Shown: positions 39,095-53,800 of the stretch, piece by piece | Layout: each line of letters opens with the position of its first letter | Position numbering within the stretch: the first letter of the stretch is position 1 | NCBI GenBank assembly: GCA_951406725.2 | Contig: OX597814.1 | Span: forward strand, 69,564,001-69,628,000 | Length of the DNA: 64,000 bases | Reading direction: 5' to 3' | Source: Octopus vulgaris | Lineage: Eukaryota | The notes under the pieces: generated by a model | The model's input: only the letters and a program-made list of their open reading frames with translations | Databases searched by the model: none | What the model was told of the DNA's origin: nothing | Program-made: the position numbers and the translations under genes

Positions 39095-40101
39095 ACACAC
39101 ACAAAAAATCAAAAAAAAGAGAAGAAAGAAAACCCCTCCACCCACCCCCCCAGACTACAGACCAAACACAACACACAAACAAACCAAAAACAGAAAAAAA
39201 AAAAAAAAAAAAAAAAAATATATGGAAGGAAGTCATAGATAATCAGGGAAAGTACATTGATGATTAAATTTCAATTAAATATAACATTTGATCACTTCTT
39301 TTCTTTATTCAAAATTTGGACAGAACTTATGGCATGACCTGATAGATAAACAGATAGAGACAGAGAGAAAGAAAAAAGAAGAGATTGATGGTTATGATGG
39401 TAGTAGTATGCTTTTGTGATATCAGACTCTGTCTTCCTCTTTCACTATCTCTTTTATCTTTCTACCTTTTCTCTGTTGCTCTCTCATCTTTCTCTCTCTC
39501 TCTCACTCTCCACCTATGCAACAGTAGAATAGAGTGATAGAGAATGAGAAGCACAGAGAGAGGAGAATGATGACAGCAATGATGACAGTGATATGTTTGT
39601 GTGGCATCAAACATTGTTTTCTCCTTTCTTTAGTCTCTCATTACTCTTTCTATCTCTCTTTCTCTTTCACTCTCTCCGTCTGGAATAATAGAACAGTGAG
39701 ATGATGATGATGATGATGACGACGACGACGACGACAGCAGTACATTTGTGTAACGGTAATTTCAGTTTTTCTTTTTCCTTCAATCTTCTCTTAATCTTTC
39801 AATTTTTTGTCTCTCTCTATAAAAGTGCATTAGAGAGAAATAAATAATGAGAGAGACACCTGAAGTGAGACATAACTAGAGAGAGAGAGAGAGAGAGAGG
39901 AAAGAGTATTATGCAAGTAATGGCAGTGGTTTGAAAACTGGGTAACTCTCATACACATAAAGATCTTGTTGCAAAACCCTTCTTGGATGAACTATGAATT
40001 CAATTTTGGAAGGTGTATGCTGCAGATTTCCTTTGTCTTTCATTCATGTGGATTACAGGGTATGTGTATGTGTATATATGTATGTGTGTATGTATGTATA
40101 G

Positions 40102-40161
<60 letters not shown>

Positions 40162-40205
40162 ATGTATATATATATATGTATGTATGTATATATATATATG
40201 TATGT

Positions 40206-40241
<36 letters not shown>

Positions 40242-43048
40242 CCTCCGATGGATGTGTAATGTCAGTACTCATACTCGGCAGAGTGTAAGTACCTTGAGAG
40301 AAAAGCTGGACCTAAGAAGCATCAGTTGTGGTGTGCAAGAGGGACGTTTGCGCTGGTATGGTCATGTGGCGAGAATGGATGAAGATAGTTGTGTGAAAAA
40401 GTGCCACACCCTAGCGGTTGAGGGAACCTGCGGAAGAGGCAGACCCAGGAAAACCTGGGACGAGGTGGTGAAGCACGACCTTCGAACTTTAGGTCTCACT
40501 GAGGAAATGACTAGAGACCGAGACCTCTGGAAGTGTGCTGTGCGCGAGAAGACCTGGCAGGACAAGTGAGTCCATAACCCGTGGCCTTCTACATGGGATG
40601 GAGCCAGCCTACGTATGCATACCTTCCCTTCTTGGGACACAAAACTCTACTTGTGAAGACCTGTTGAGGCAAGTGAGGATCAGAATCGAAATCGATCAAT
40701 GGAAATTGCAGATGTGTTACCAGTGCCAGTGGCATGTCGAAACTCTACTTGTGAAGACCTGTTGAGGCAAGTGAGGATCAGAATCGAAATCGATCAATGG
40801 AAATTGCAGATGTGTTACCAGTGCCGGTGGCATGTAAGAGAACCTTCTGTTTCACGACCGTTGCCAGCGCCGCCCCGACTGGCCTCGTGCCGGTGGCATG
40901 TAAAAAGCACCATCCATTCGTGTCCGTTGCCAGCCTCGCCTGGCCCTCGTGCCGGTGGCACATAAAAAGCACCATCCGTTCGTGACGTTTGCCAGCTCTG
41001 TCTGGCACCTGTGCAGGTGGTACATAAAAAGCACCCACTACACTCACGGAGTGGTTGGCGTTAGGAAGGGCATCCAGCCGTAGAAACACTGCCAGATTTC
41101 ACTGGGCCTGATGAAGCCTTCTGGCTTCACAGACCCCAGTAGAACCGTCCAACCCATGCTAGCATGGAAAACGGACGCTAAACGATGATGATGATGATGA
41201 TGATGATATATCTTTATATATATAAAACTGAGAATGTGTGTCTGTCTGTCTGTCTATCTGTCTGTGTGTTTCCCTAAAACTTGAGAACTACACAACCAAT
41301 TTCATTCAAACTTTACAAATGCCTTACTTAGGGTCCATGTAGTTTCATGGGCAAAAAAAATGTTCAACTTCTTGCCTAGAGCGAGCCCATAGCAATATCA
41401 TATCTTCTCCACTATTTCATTATTACATGTTAAAAGTGAAACAAAAACATTTCTCTATTTTATGTCAGATACTTTCACTTTAACAATAAAAATAATAATA
41501 ACAATTGAATTATATGTAGTAAGTAATAATTAAAATCAAACTAAAGTATAATATAATCGTAACATAACAAAAGTAAAAATAGCAATTGGTATAAAATTGC
41601 ATCAATGATTTGAACTTGAATAAGTGGTTTCACATGAATGGGAATAAATTAAAATTAAAATTAGCGTGCAGAAATGGAATAGTCCAGATGGATAATAAAA
41701 AATTAAATTAAAGAAAAGACTATTGTCTATAAAGTATACAATGTAGAGAAAAAAGAAGATTTGAACACACGGAGAAAAGCACCTTTGAAAAGTGTCTTGG
41801 TGGGACTATGAAAGATATCTAATCAGAGGCAGTAAATTCGCCACAATAGAAGCAAGGTTCAAGTCAACGGAGCGTGCAAGGGAGTACTCAACTCGAACTT
41901 GCAAAGTGGAAATATTTTATTCTTACCTTTATATCTGGGACGTAGGACGTCCCGGAAAAAAATTGAAAATGCACCCCTCCCCACCAGAAGTAAAAGTAGG
42001 CTGGATTGTAGCCACACTTCTATACAAGAGGGAGGACAAGATACAATTGATCGAAATTACAAGAGACGGGCTAACAATTCCAGTCTGTTATATATATACT
42101 AGCGATATCAAGATATAACTTTGTATTTTGTATTTTATGTGTAGATGTATATATATATGTAAAGTATACTAGCCATCTCAATATGGCTAACCACTAGGGG
42201 TGGGTGTTACTGTAGCTTTTTAGCCCCAGGAGATCATCGTCTCCAGCTGGCTGTAGACACAATTTCTGTGCCCTTATGATATTTGCAAAGGGAGGTCATC
42301 CCCTCTCGTAAACCTAAGTGATATGCATGGACTGCAGTTTCGAGATTATTGCCTCTTGTCAACACACGGTAATCATGGGTTTTCGATGAGAAGAGACCTG
42401 TTTGCGAATATCTATTTATTGTTTTTCCCAGTAACCACTGTCACTGATTTCGAAAAACGGTCTAAAGCCAGCTGGAGACGATGATCTCCTGAGGCTAAAA
42501 AGCTACAGTAACACCCACCCCTAGTGGTTAGCCATATTGAGATGGCTAGTATACTTTACATTGTCAAGCGCTTACTGTTTACATCTCATTCAGAGATTTA
42601 TTATTGCTTTCAGACCGTTTTTCGAAATCAGTGACAGTGGTTACTGGGAAAAACAATAAATAGATATTCGCAAACAGGTCTCTCCTCATTGAAAACCCGT
42701 GATTACCGTGTGTTGACAAGAAACAATAATCTCGAAACTGCAGTCTATGCGTATCACTTAGGTTTACGAGAGGGGATGACCTCCCTTTGCAAATATCATA
42801 AGGGCACAGAAATTGTGTTTAAAGCCAGCTGGAGACGATGATCTCCTGGGGCTAAAAAGCTACAGTAACACCCACCCCTAGTGGTTAGCCATATTGAGAT
42901 GGCTAGTATACTTTACGTTGTCGAGCGCTTACTGTTTACATCACGTTCAGAGATTTATTATTGTATATATATAGATGTACATGTAATATATACACATATA
43001 TACATGCACTAGCACTATGACCCGGCAACGACAGGTCTTTAATGCTAG

Positions 43049-43087
<39 letters not shown>

Positions 43088-43599
43088 ATATGTATGTATG
43101 TATGTAGAGAAGGATGAGCATATATGTGTGTATACTTTAAGATTATACGTATATTTGTGAGTATGTGTAAGTGTCTATATGATTGTGTGTACATGTATAT
43201 ATGTATAAGGTTATATGTGCATATATGTATCTAAGACGTATCTTCACTGTTAGACAGTGGTGAGAGGGACAAACGCACACACACATATATGCGTGTGTGT
43301 CTATATAAATGCATATGCGTGTATATATACAATCTTCAACAAGGTAACAGTCATGTATACAACTTGAACTGACACATAACATTACATAAACATACGTTCA
43401 CATGTACATACACATGTACACACACACAGACACGTCTACACACTCTCCTAAATACTCACATACATATGTAAGTACATAAGTACATACATACATGCATATA
43501 GGCATGCACACATGCATGCGCACATACATGTACACACATACATACATATGCACATACATACATACATACGCACATACATACATACATGAATACATACAT

Positions 43600-43630
<31 letters not shown>

Positions 43631-46600
43631 TACATACGTACGTACATATATATCCTGAACTAACTGTTACTTTCTCAGATGCAGCACTAAGTTTTGTCAG
43701 TGAACAGGTCGCAGTCTCAAAGTGATGAAAATATTTTGACAAATTAAATTTAAATGCTGAAGTGAATCTAACAGTTTTGTGTGTTTCTTAAATGGCTTCT
43801 AAACACCTTCCATGCTGCAATTGTTTTCATTCCAGCACATAATCTCAGATCAAGTCACTCGCTATGCAAGTACATCTCCAGATTACAGGGTGTTTGAATT
43901 CGAAAGGAGAAATGAGATCTATTTCAGCTCAAACAATTTTACTTAGCCAATACCGTCTCCAGTGTAACATTCTTTTGCATAAGTGAATTTTCCTTCATTA
44001 TTTAAAGAGCACAGTACATAGATCTATATTCACAGCAAATGCAAATAACATACTAGCACATCTTAACACAATGTTGGTTTTTAAACTCCTAACAATAAGT
44101 ATGTTTAAAGGGAATCCAGGAGCCAGTTAGTTATCCGTCTATCAACATATACTTGTTCATATATATTTAAGTATGGCTAATTGGAACTGAAGAGCAAACA
44201 AATTCAACAAAGCACTTAGTTGCAAGTGAGTCATTTCTAAGTAACTTCATTGTGGTCATAACTCTAGTTAGAGCGTCATATGAACTTCACCAGCAGAAAC
44301 TCATCTGTTTTACACTCCAATTAATCCATTGACAAATTTTCATTATCAATCAATTTCAGTTCATTAAAAGATGTTGCTTTTATCAGTTAATTATTGAGCT
44401 GTTAAAAGCAATTACATAGATTCCTGTTTATAGGCATTGGCAACAAAAAAACAGGTGATTTAGCATATTAGTGTCCATTTACTAACAAAGGTTTATTAAT
44501 CTGTGTGTGTGTACACGCTCTCTACATAGTGTTAAAATTAACTCCAAAATATTTGAACATAGAGATGCAACAGAAAATCTAAGTTGGCTAACTAATTCCC
44601 TCACTATTTAAGCTATCATAAAAACATAACCAGAAATACTGTTTAACTAAAATCATCAGAGTAATGATACATAAAATATGAAGAAAATCATCTTTGCTGA
44701 CTACATATCTGTACTAAATTAAGAAGTTAAATGAATGTTAACTGTCTCATAGGTCAATTAGATAATATATTGGTTTCAAATTTTGGTACAGTTCCAGGGA
44801 AAGGACTAAGTTGGTTACAACGACCCTAGAGCTCAATTGATACTTATCTTACGAACCCCAAACCAATGAAAGAGAAAGTCAGCCTTGATGGAATTTGAAT
44901 TTAAAGCATAAAAATGGACAAAAAGCCGCTAAGCATTCTGTCCAACATGCTAACAATTCTGCTAGCTCACCACATTCAGTCAATAAAATAATATATTAAT
45001 CTCTTAGAATATGTATCAATCATTATCATCATCATCATCATCATCGTTTAATGTCTGTTTTCCGTGCTAGCATGGGTTGGACGGTTCGACCGGGGTCTGG
45101 GAAGCCAGGGGCTGCACCAGGCTCCAGTCTGATCTGGCAGAGTTTCTACAGCTGGATGTCCTTCCTAACGCCAAAAACTCTGTGAGTGTAGTGGGTGCTT
45201 TTTACGTGCCACCTGCACAGGTGCCAGGGGGGTCTGGCATCGGCCACGATCGGTTGGTGCTTTTAACGTGCCACCGGCACGGAAGCCAGCCAAGGCGGCA
45301 CTGGCATCGGCCACGTTCAGATGGTGCTTTTTATGTGCCACTGGCACTGGAGCCAGTCGAGGCAGCGCTGGCATCGGCCACGTTCGGATGGTGCATTTTA
45401 TGTGCCACCAGCACAGAGGCCATTCGAGGCAGAGCTGGCAACGGCCACGTTTGGATGGTGCTTTTTATGTGCCACCGGCACAGGTATCACAACTACTATT
45501 TCCATTGATATTTATTTCGATGCTCATGTACTTGACTCAACAGGTCTCCTCAAGCACAGTGGGATGTTCTGAAATACAAGGTACTTTGAATGGGCAGGGG
45601 CTTTGCGGAACTGGTGCAGGAAGCAGCCCGGGTCTTTGCAGTCACAGCATATCGGTCCTTTGCCATTGCCTCAGTGAGGCCCAACGCTCTGAGGTCATGC
45701 TTGACTACCTCATCCCATGTCTTTCTGGGTCTACCTCTCCCCCTGATACCTTCAATTGTTTGGGAGTGGAACTTCTTCACACATCTCTCCTCATCCATCC
45801 GCAGTACATGACCATACCATCGCAAGCGTGGCTCTTGCACACCACATCTGATGCTTCTTATGTCCAGCATTTCTCTCAGGGTGCTTACACTCTGTCGTGC
45901 ATGCACACTGACATTACACATCCAGCGGATCATGCTAGCTTCATTCCTTTCAAGTCTACGCATGTCCTCTGCAGTCACAGCCCATGTTTCACTAGAGTGA
46001 AGCATGGCAGTTCACACACATGCGTCATACAATCTACCTTTCACTTTGAGCGAGAGACCCTTTGTCGCCTGTAGGGGTAGGAGCTTTCTGAACTTTGCTC
46101 AGGCTATTCGTATTCTAGTGGTGACACTCTCTGAGCATCCACCTCCACTACTAACTTGGTCACCCAGGTAGCAGAAACTATCAACTACTTCTAGTTTCTT
46201 CCCCCTGGAGTGTGATGGAATCTGTTTTCTGAGTATCTGTGGTGTCTATTGTCCCTGTGCATCTGCCGCACATGAAAGCTATCTTATCAGTTAATTTCCT
46301 TTTGATGTTGCTGCACCTCTTATGCGTCCATAGCTTACACTGGGTGCATCTTATGGAGTTTCTACCTACACCTTTCCTAAAGATCGAGCAGGGTCACCTG
46401 CCCGAGGGTGTGTGTGCTGAGTACGCCTTTCTGCTTACTATAACTTTGGTCTTTGCTACATTTACTCTAAAGCCCTTTGATTCTAACCCTTGCTTCCACA
46501 CCCGAAATTTCTTTTCTAGTTCCGGTAGTGATTCTGCTATGAGAGCAAGGTCATCAGCATAGAGGAGCTCCCAGGGGCATCCTGTTTTGAATTCCTCTGT

Positions 46601-49600
46601 TATTGCCTGAAGGACTATGATGAATAAAAGGGAACTGAGGACTGAGCCTTGGTGTACACCTACTTCTACCCGGAATTCTTCACTATATTCGTTGCCAATC
46701 CTAACCTTGCTGACAGCCTCTCTGTATAGGGCCTGTACAGCCCTTATTAGCCATTCGTCAATCTCCAGTTTCTGCATTGACCACCAGATAAGGGATCGGG
46801 GGACCCTGTCGAAGGCTTTCTCCAAGTCCACAAAAGCTATGTAGAGAGGTTTATCTTTAGCTAGGTACTTCTCCTGCAGTTGTCGGACCAGGAATATAGC
46901 ATCAGTGGTGCTTCTACTCGGCACAAAACCGAACTGCATCTCATCTAAGCAAATTCTCTCCCTAATGAGATGGGTTATGACCCTCTCTGTGACCTTCATC
47001 ACCTGATCCAACAGCTTAATACCCCTGTAGTTATTTCTATCTGGAGCATCACCCTTACCCTTGTAGCAGTTGACTATGGTGCTGCTACGCCAGTCATTGG
47101 GTATGACTCCATTATGAACTACCTGGTTTACAATGCGGGTGACTAGGCCATAGCCCACATAGCCAGCTGTTTTAAGCATCTCAGCAGTGATTCCTGATGG
47201 GCTGGGGGCTTTACCTGGTTTCATATCCTTAATTGCCTTAACTACAAGGGAGCTGTCTATTCAGATAGCTGGTCCCTCTACTGGGTCAACATTTGGCAGG
47301 CTCTCCTCCTCCCATTCATTCTCCTCATTCAGCAGTCTTTCATAATGGCTTCTCCAAGCCTCTTTCTTTTCACCAACATTAAAAGCAAGTGCCCCATCAT
47401 CCATGCGGACACATTTCTCTCCTGTAACATCACTATTTTCTCTGACACACTGTCTGGCAATCCGAAATACCTCAGCTCTTTGGTCCTCACGTCGCCGGAC
47501 ATTGGCAAACTTCTTCTTTTCTGCTACATCTTTGGCTATGTATACCTGCCGCCCAGCCTCCCTTTTGGCTACTTGGTACAGTTCCCTGCTACCCCCATCC
47601 CTCCAGGCTTTCCAGGCCTGTTTCTTTGCACTAATGGCTTTGTCTACTGCACTATTCCACCACTCTAGGTCTGGAAGGGATATTGCACCATCCACAGACT
47701 TGGTCTGTGGCACTCAGCAAGCTGTCCCGTAGGAATTCCCAGCTACCTTCTATGTCCTACATCTGAAGCTCCTCCTCCCTCTCATCAAATTTCTTGATGA
47801 GGATGTCCCTAAATCTCTGACCATGTGAAAGGTTCTTTAGCTTCCAAATCCTTCTTTTCTGGATTGGTTTGTTTCTTGGAGTCCTTCTGGCCTCAAGCTT
47901 AAAGTCACTAATGATTAGCCTATGCTGAGGGATACATTCTTCACCCGGGAGGGTCTTTGTATTTAAGAGCGACCCTGCATCCCGCTGTCTGGTGAGGATG
48001 AAGTCTATTTGGCTAGCGGAGTCTCCTGACTGATAGGTTATAAGGTGGCAGTCAGGCTTCCTGAAGTTAGTGTTGCAGATTAAAAGGTTACATGCATCAC
48101 AGAATTTGAATTCCTCTGTTATTGCCTGAAGTAGTCCAGTAGTCTAGTTCCCTCATCATTTCTGGTGCCAATACCATGGCCACCGTGTACCTCAGTGAAG
48201 ATACCCGATTCCCGCCCAACATGCCCCAATATATATATATATTCTGTCACCAGTGTTCTTAACTCTTATTGCTTCAATTTTTTCTTTTTTGATAGGGTAG
48301 CATTGTACAAAAAATTGAATAAAGCAAATTATAGAATTAAACCAAATTATATTTCTTAGTTCAAACTTGCCAAGACTTTACTATGCTCTATTAACAATGA
48401 ATAATAGAACATCTTTTGAGTTTAAATCTAATAGGTTCTTGCTCAATTTTCTAAACAAATCCCAAGATAACAGTAAGCACAACTGATGCCGGAAAAATAA
48501 TTTACCTTAAAATCAACATTGATTCTATCAAATCTTTCACAATCCTCTGGTAATTGACGACGAATATCTTCAGATTCTGTAAAGATGCTCTCGAGATGTG
48601 ACCAGGTGCGCTGCACTTCCATCCAAATGTGAATTATTTGATCAGTGTTTGATAATTTCTTCTGCCAGTTTGATACTTCAGTTTGGAAGAAATCAATATA
48701 TTTTGAAGTTAACATATTCTGCAACTGAGCCTAAACAAGAAAATTAATGATAGTAAAAAATGTTAACAGAATAGTAAAATAATTCTTACACTGATTTACA
48801 GGAGGAAAATGAATGAGAAATAAAGAACTTAGTAATCAAATTGTTGTATGAAAATCATCATAATTCTGCATGTTTTATTCCAAACAAAATAATTATGCTA
48901 CTTACATTAATTACAACAGAAACACAAAATTTTTACTTCTTTATATTTTATTTACATTTCAATAACTGACTGCAATAAGAGGTAACACATACACACACAT
49001 CATTATACATAAGTAGTATATGATGTTCGCAACACACAGGTATAAATAACACACCTCTTCATTTAAAACCCATACATGCTTAGAAACAGATGCATAAGGA
49101 TCTCCTTATTGTTGCTGAAATACATCTGGCATCTAGAAGGCAGTGATATCAACAACCCAACCAACAAGTGGAGCATTGGTATTGCAACACAAATGAATGA
49201 GGTATAAAATGTAATCTGTGTATGACTGAAAATAAAACATCCTTGCCATAACTTGTCAAGACTGAATTAAACATTGCTATGCTCTGAATAGTAAAACTTC
49301 TTTTCAGTCCAAATCTAATAAACTGATGCTTGAAAAAATTCACCTTAAAGTCAAAACTGATTCAATCAAATCTTTCACTATTTCCTGACCTACATGTCAG
49401 AAAGTTTAGTTTGCAGTCATTCAAGTACACTCTTGTCCCAGGTGATAGTGATAGCTGATATCCTTGTTGGAGGAGGTCCCACATGAATCCATTTATCCCA
49501 TTATCTGTTGTTGCTGCTGCTGTACTGCTGCTAGCATCACCACTATGCTTACTATTATTATTATCATTAGTAGATGGCAAGCTGGCAGAATCATTAGCAT

Positions 49601-50831
49601 GCCAGGTGAGATGCTTAGCGGTATTTCATCTGCTGCTACGTTCTGAGTTCAAATTCCACCGAAGTTGATTGCCTTTTATCCTTTCAGGATTGATGAATTA
49701 AGTACTAGTGAAACACTGGGGTCAATGTAATCAACTAGTCCCCTCCTGCCAAATTTCAAGCCTTATGCCTTTAGTAGAAAGGATTATTATTATTATCATT
49801 AGTACAGCTACTAACATTACCATTGGTACAAATCACAAACTGGAATTTTTCATACTCAGTAAACAAGGCTTACATTAGGGCTGACTCAGATGATTCCACA
49901 GACTTGATGTCCATAAACTAAGTGTGAACAGTACTTATATGCAAAGCATCACTGTTATCCCTTTAATACTGATTTCAAATTTTGGCACAAGGCAAGCAAT
50001 TTGGGGGAAGGAGTTAAGTTGATTACATTGGTCCTAGTGTTCAACTGATACTCATTTTATAGACCCTGAAAGGATGAAAGATAAAGTCGACTTTGATGGA
50101 ATTTGAACTCAGAACACGTAAACAGATGAAATGCTGCTAAGCATTTTGCCTGGCATGATAACAACTGTGTCAGCTCTCTCTAATATTAAAATTATTTTAA
50201 TATCATTATTATTACTATCAATATCTTTACCATTATGTTACCATTGTGTAATTATTATCATGTCCTGTTGATTTTTGACATGATCAATTTAAGGCTACTT
50301 TTTCAATACTAATCTCCTAATATAATAATGAGTGTAGTGTTTTTATATATTTGCATATATATATTTGTCCAAAATCGCAGAGTAGGAGTAAATGGTGAAG
50401 GGAGAAGAAAGGAAATAGTAATTCAGTGAAGGAGAAGTAATGAGAGTAATAGCCATGATTGAGCGGGAATGAGAGAAAGTAACAGCAATGAGAGAGAGGA
50501 AGTGGCAAAGAGAGCATTGTGTATCTTCTACTATAAATATCTACTATAAAAATACTCATGTATTTCTCCAACACAACATATGAATGAAAAGGGAAGGGTG
50601 ATCCACTGATGGAAGTGGGATGGTAAACAGTCAACAGTGAAGCAAAAATCAAACAGCGCTTCAGCTCTATGTGGGTATATGTGTATGAATGTAAATGGGA
50701 GGAATGTGAATGTTTGTGTGTGTGTATGGGTTTGAGTAAAATATATTTAGATATTTGAGCGAGTGCATATGTGTTTGTGTATGTTTATTAAGAAAGATAC
50801 ATAAAAAATAGAATTACAGACATGCGCTTTT

Positions 50832-50882
<51 letters not shown>

Positions 50883-53800
50883 TAAACAGACAGACTTAAA
50901 AAGAAGGAAGTGGGCTGTGACAAAGTAGAGAAAACTACATTCGCTACAGACTGTACTACTCATACATATAAATGTGTGCATATGCACATATGCATGCACG
51001 CACAAACACACACACAGTTGAAGCACAATTTGATTCTTTTTCACCTTTTTGTACCCTTTTTAATTATAAACTACTACAGTTAGCCATCATTTTTGATGGT
51101 ATGGGGTCAGCTAGTGATAAAATAATCATTAATGTTTACATTCTAATGATTTTTTTTTCCTTTCTTTGCTGATTACTATACACCATAGGGGTTAAATCTG
51201 TAGTGGTTTTTATAACTTAAAAATGAATTTAGATTAGGCCCATATCAAGTCACCATACATTGTATCAATTCTAAAGGGGCTCTTCAGCAATGGAGATAGC
51301 AATGGAAGCAGTATCCATATCTCGGCACATATTCGCTGCATGCCCTAAGTAGACATAATACTTTACTTGATTTCATCACTTCTCACCTCTATTTGGCCTT
51401 AGGCTACATCTTCCAACTGCATATACTTATTTTCATACTGGTCATTCTGAGATCTGCTAAACTCCTAGTATTCAGCTCTCAATGTCATCTTCAAATTGGA
51501 AGTTTGTTAGTTGCTCACCACTGATGTTCACACCACCTCCCCAGTCAATGTCCTTTATGATCTAGACATGTGGCAAAGTGTTTTGGAGAGATGATATCTC
51601 CTTGATCGACACCCTTCTCAATTAGGACCTTTACTGGAGGTGATAGCAGAGCTTTATCAGTTGTGCATCTAGAGTTCACATCTCGGACCAGTTTGATGGA
51701 TTGTGTCTTGACACTTTGCATTACCAGAAATTTCAACACTGCATTCATCTTGATGCCATCGAAGGCCTTTCCATAATTAATAAAAGTAATTCGTTTATTT
51801 GTTCTATGAGCTGTGCAAGAATATGCTCTCTCATATAATGCTCAACCACAGCAGATCCTCAGGGAACACTTTATTGTATCAAGTTACAGATAGCTATCAA
51901 CTTCATTACCTTACAGTTGTTTCTGCTATAATCTAAATATCCAAATGAAAATTTACACAAGATGAGTGATCAAAGGTCTAAATTATCTGCAAGTAGGGAA
52001 ATATGGAATGAGGCCCTTATTAGAAGTACCTATAAAAAAAAAAGTATTACCAACTCAAGACCCCAAAATCACTCTAAGTATTCATACAATGCAAGCACAG
52101 ATAAATCAACACAAAAATCTTCCACATGTACACACATAAAGACCTCTTCTAGCAACCTGAATATTTCTAAAACTCAAAACTCCAAGACAAAAGCTCACTA
52201 GCTTCCAGTTACTACAAACATTTATGACTAGAATGACCTGTCATTTATTGATGTAAATTATATTTTATTACCAGATGTATATAATGTAAATAACAATTTA
52301 AATTTTTTTTAAATATGATAAATTAATTTAACAATAATAACTCATAATATCGATAAAATGCCAATATTGAGAATAATTTTTTTTTAAAATCGAACTGTTG
52401 TCCAGGTTTTTTTTCCTTCTTTTTTTTAATCCAAAGAACTTCATCATAAACAATGTTTTTAACTTTTTAATCTTCTGTGTAATAATAAAAATTATTAGGA
52501 TCTCCCAATCTCAAAAAGGATACATATAGTTGTCCATGAGAAAATACTTCATTTTTAAGATTGAAACCAACTTTTTTAAATGTTTGGCCTTGTGATTTAT
52601 TTATTGTTATAGCAAAGGATAGTCTAACTGGAAATTGTAATCTTGTAAACCTCACTGGTTCCTCTGCAGTTAATTTAATCCTTGGTAATAATACTAATCC
52701 ATTTTTGTACTTTCCATTTAGTATTTTTGCTTCAGTTACATTATTTGTAAGGGATTCCACTATTAACCTTGTTCTATTGCATAACTTTGGAGTTTGTAAA
52801 TTTCTCAAAAGAATAATTGGAGCGCCTTTCTTCAAATTCAATTCATATTGTGGAAATCCTGATATTTCTAATGAATTTAAGAATTCAATGGGAAAATCTA
52901 CTGCTTCATTTGTGTCTATTACTTGATCTGTAGAATTGTATGTTCTTAATCTATGTTCTATTTTGTTAAGTAATTGCATATTAATAGTATCAACATCCTC
53001 ATTTTTAGCAATTAAAATTATTCTTTCTGATACTCATTCTGTATTAGTGTAATTAACAGCAATGTCCTCAAAAATAAATATTTCTAAATCAATTTCATTC
53101 TCAACTCTATTTCCCACTGGTAATAATATCATGTGATTGCCATCACTTGGGATCCTATTTTCTCCTACTTCTAATAGTTTATTTGCAAAGTCCTGTAAGT
53201 CATTATTTCTTAAGATATGCACTCTCATATTAATTCTTAAAGACAATTTGTGAAATAATGACCATAAATTGGATACCTTGATTGATGCATCTATTTCATC
53301 AGCTTTTGAACCTGTTGTATTTGTCTAAAATCACCAGCTAGTAAAACAGGGATACCACCAAATGGTAAATTATTGCTTTTAATTTTTTTTAATGTTTTAT
53401 CAACAGCCTCTAATATCTTTTTGTGCGACATTGCAACTTCATCCCATATTAATACATTACAATTTTCTGATGTTAATCAAATTCTACTATTTCTTCTAAT
53501 TGATGTTGTAAATTCAATCATCTATTGATGATGAAAATGGTAATTTAAATATTGAATGTACTGTTTTTCTATTGTCTATTAAAGTTGCTGCTATTCCTGA
53601 AGAAGCAGCTGCTATACTTATATCATCGTTCATTTTATGGTTTGCAAGTAAAAGATTTATCAAGAATGTTTTTCCAGTTCCATCTAGAGTAACTAAAAAG
53701 TATAATCTTTGTTCATTTCCATTAATTATTGAGTCTTTGATTGTAGTATAAATAAGTCTTTGTTCTTCATTCAACAATAGCTCATACACTTCTACAAAGT

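Noticed and set aside
38804-39242. Lys-rich and Phe-rich ORFs
   Set aside because: They arise from a poly-A low-complexity tract replacing the mariner centre; probably low-quality sequence.
39966-40288. YI/CV/HT-rich ORFs (also 34024-34596, 43398-43742, 57270-57590)
   Set aside because: Translations of dinucleotide and tetranucleotide microsatellites.
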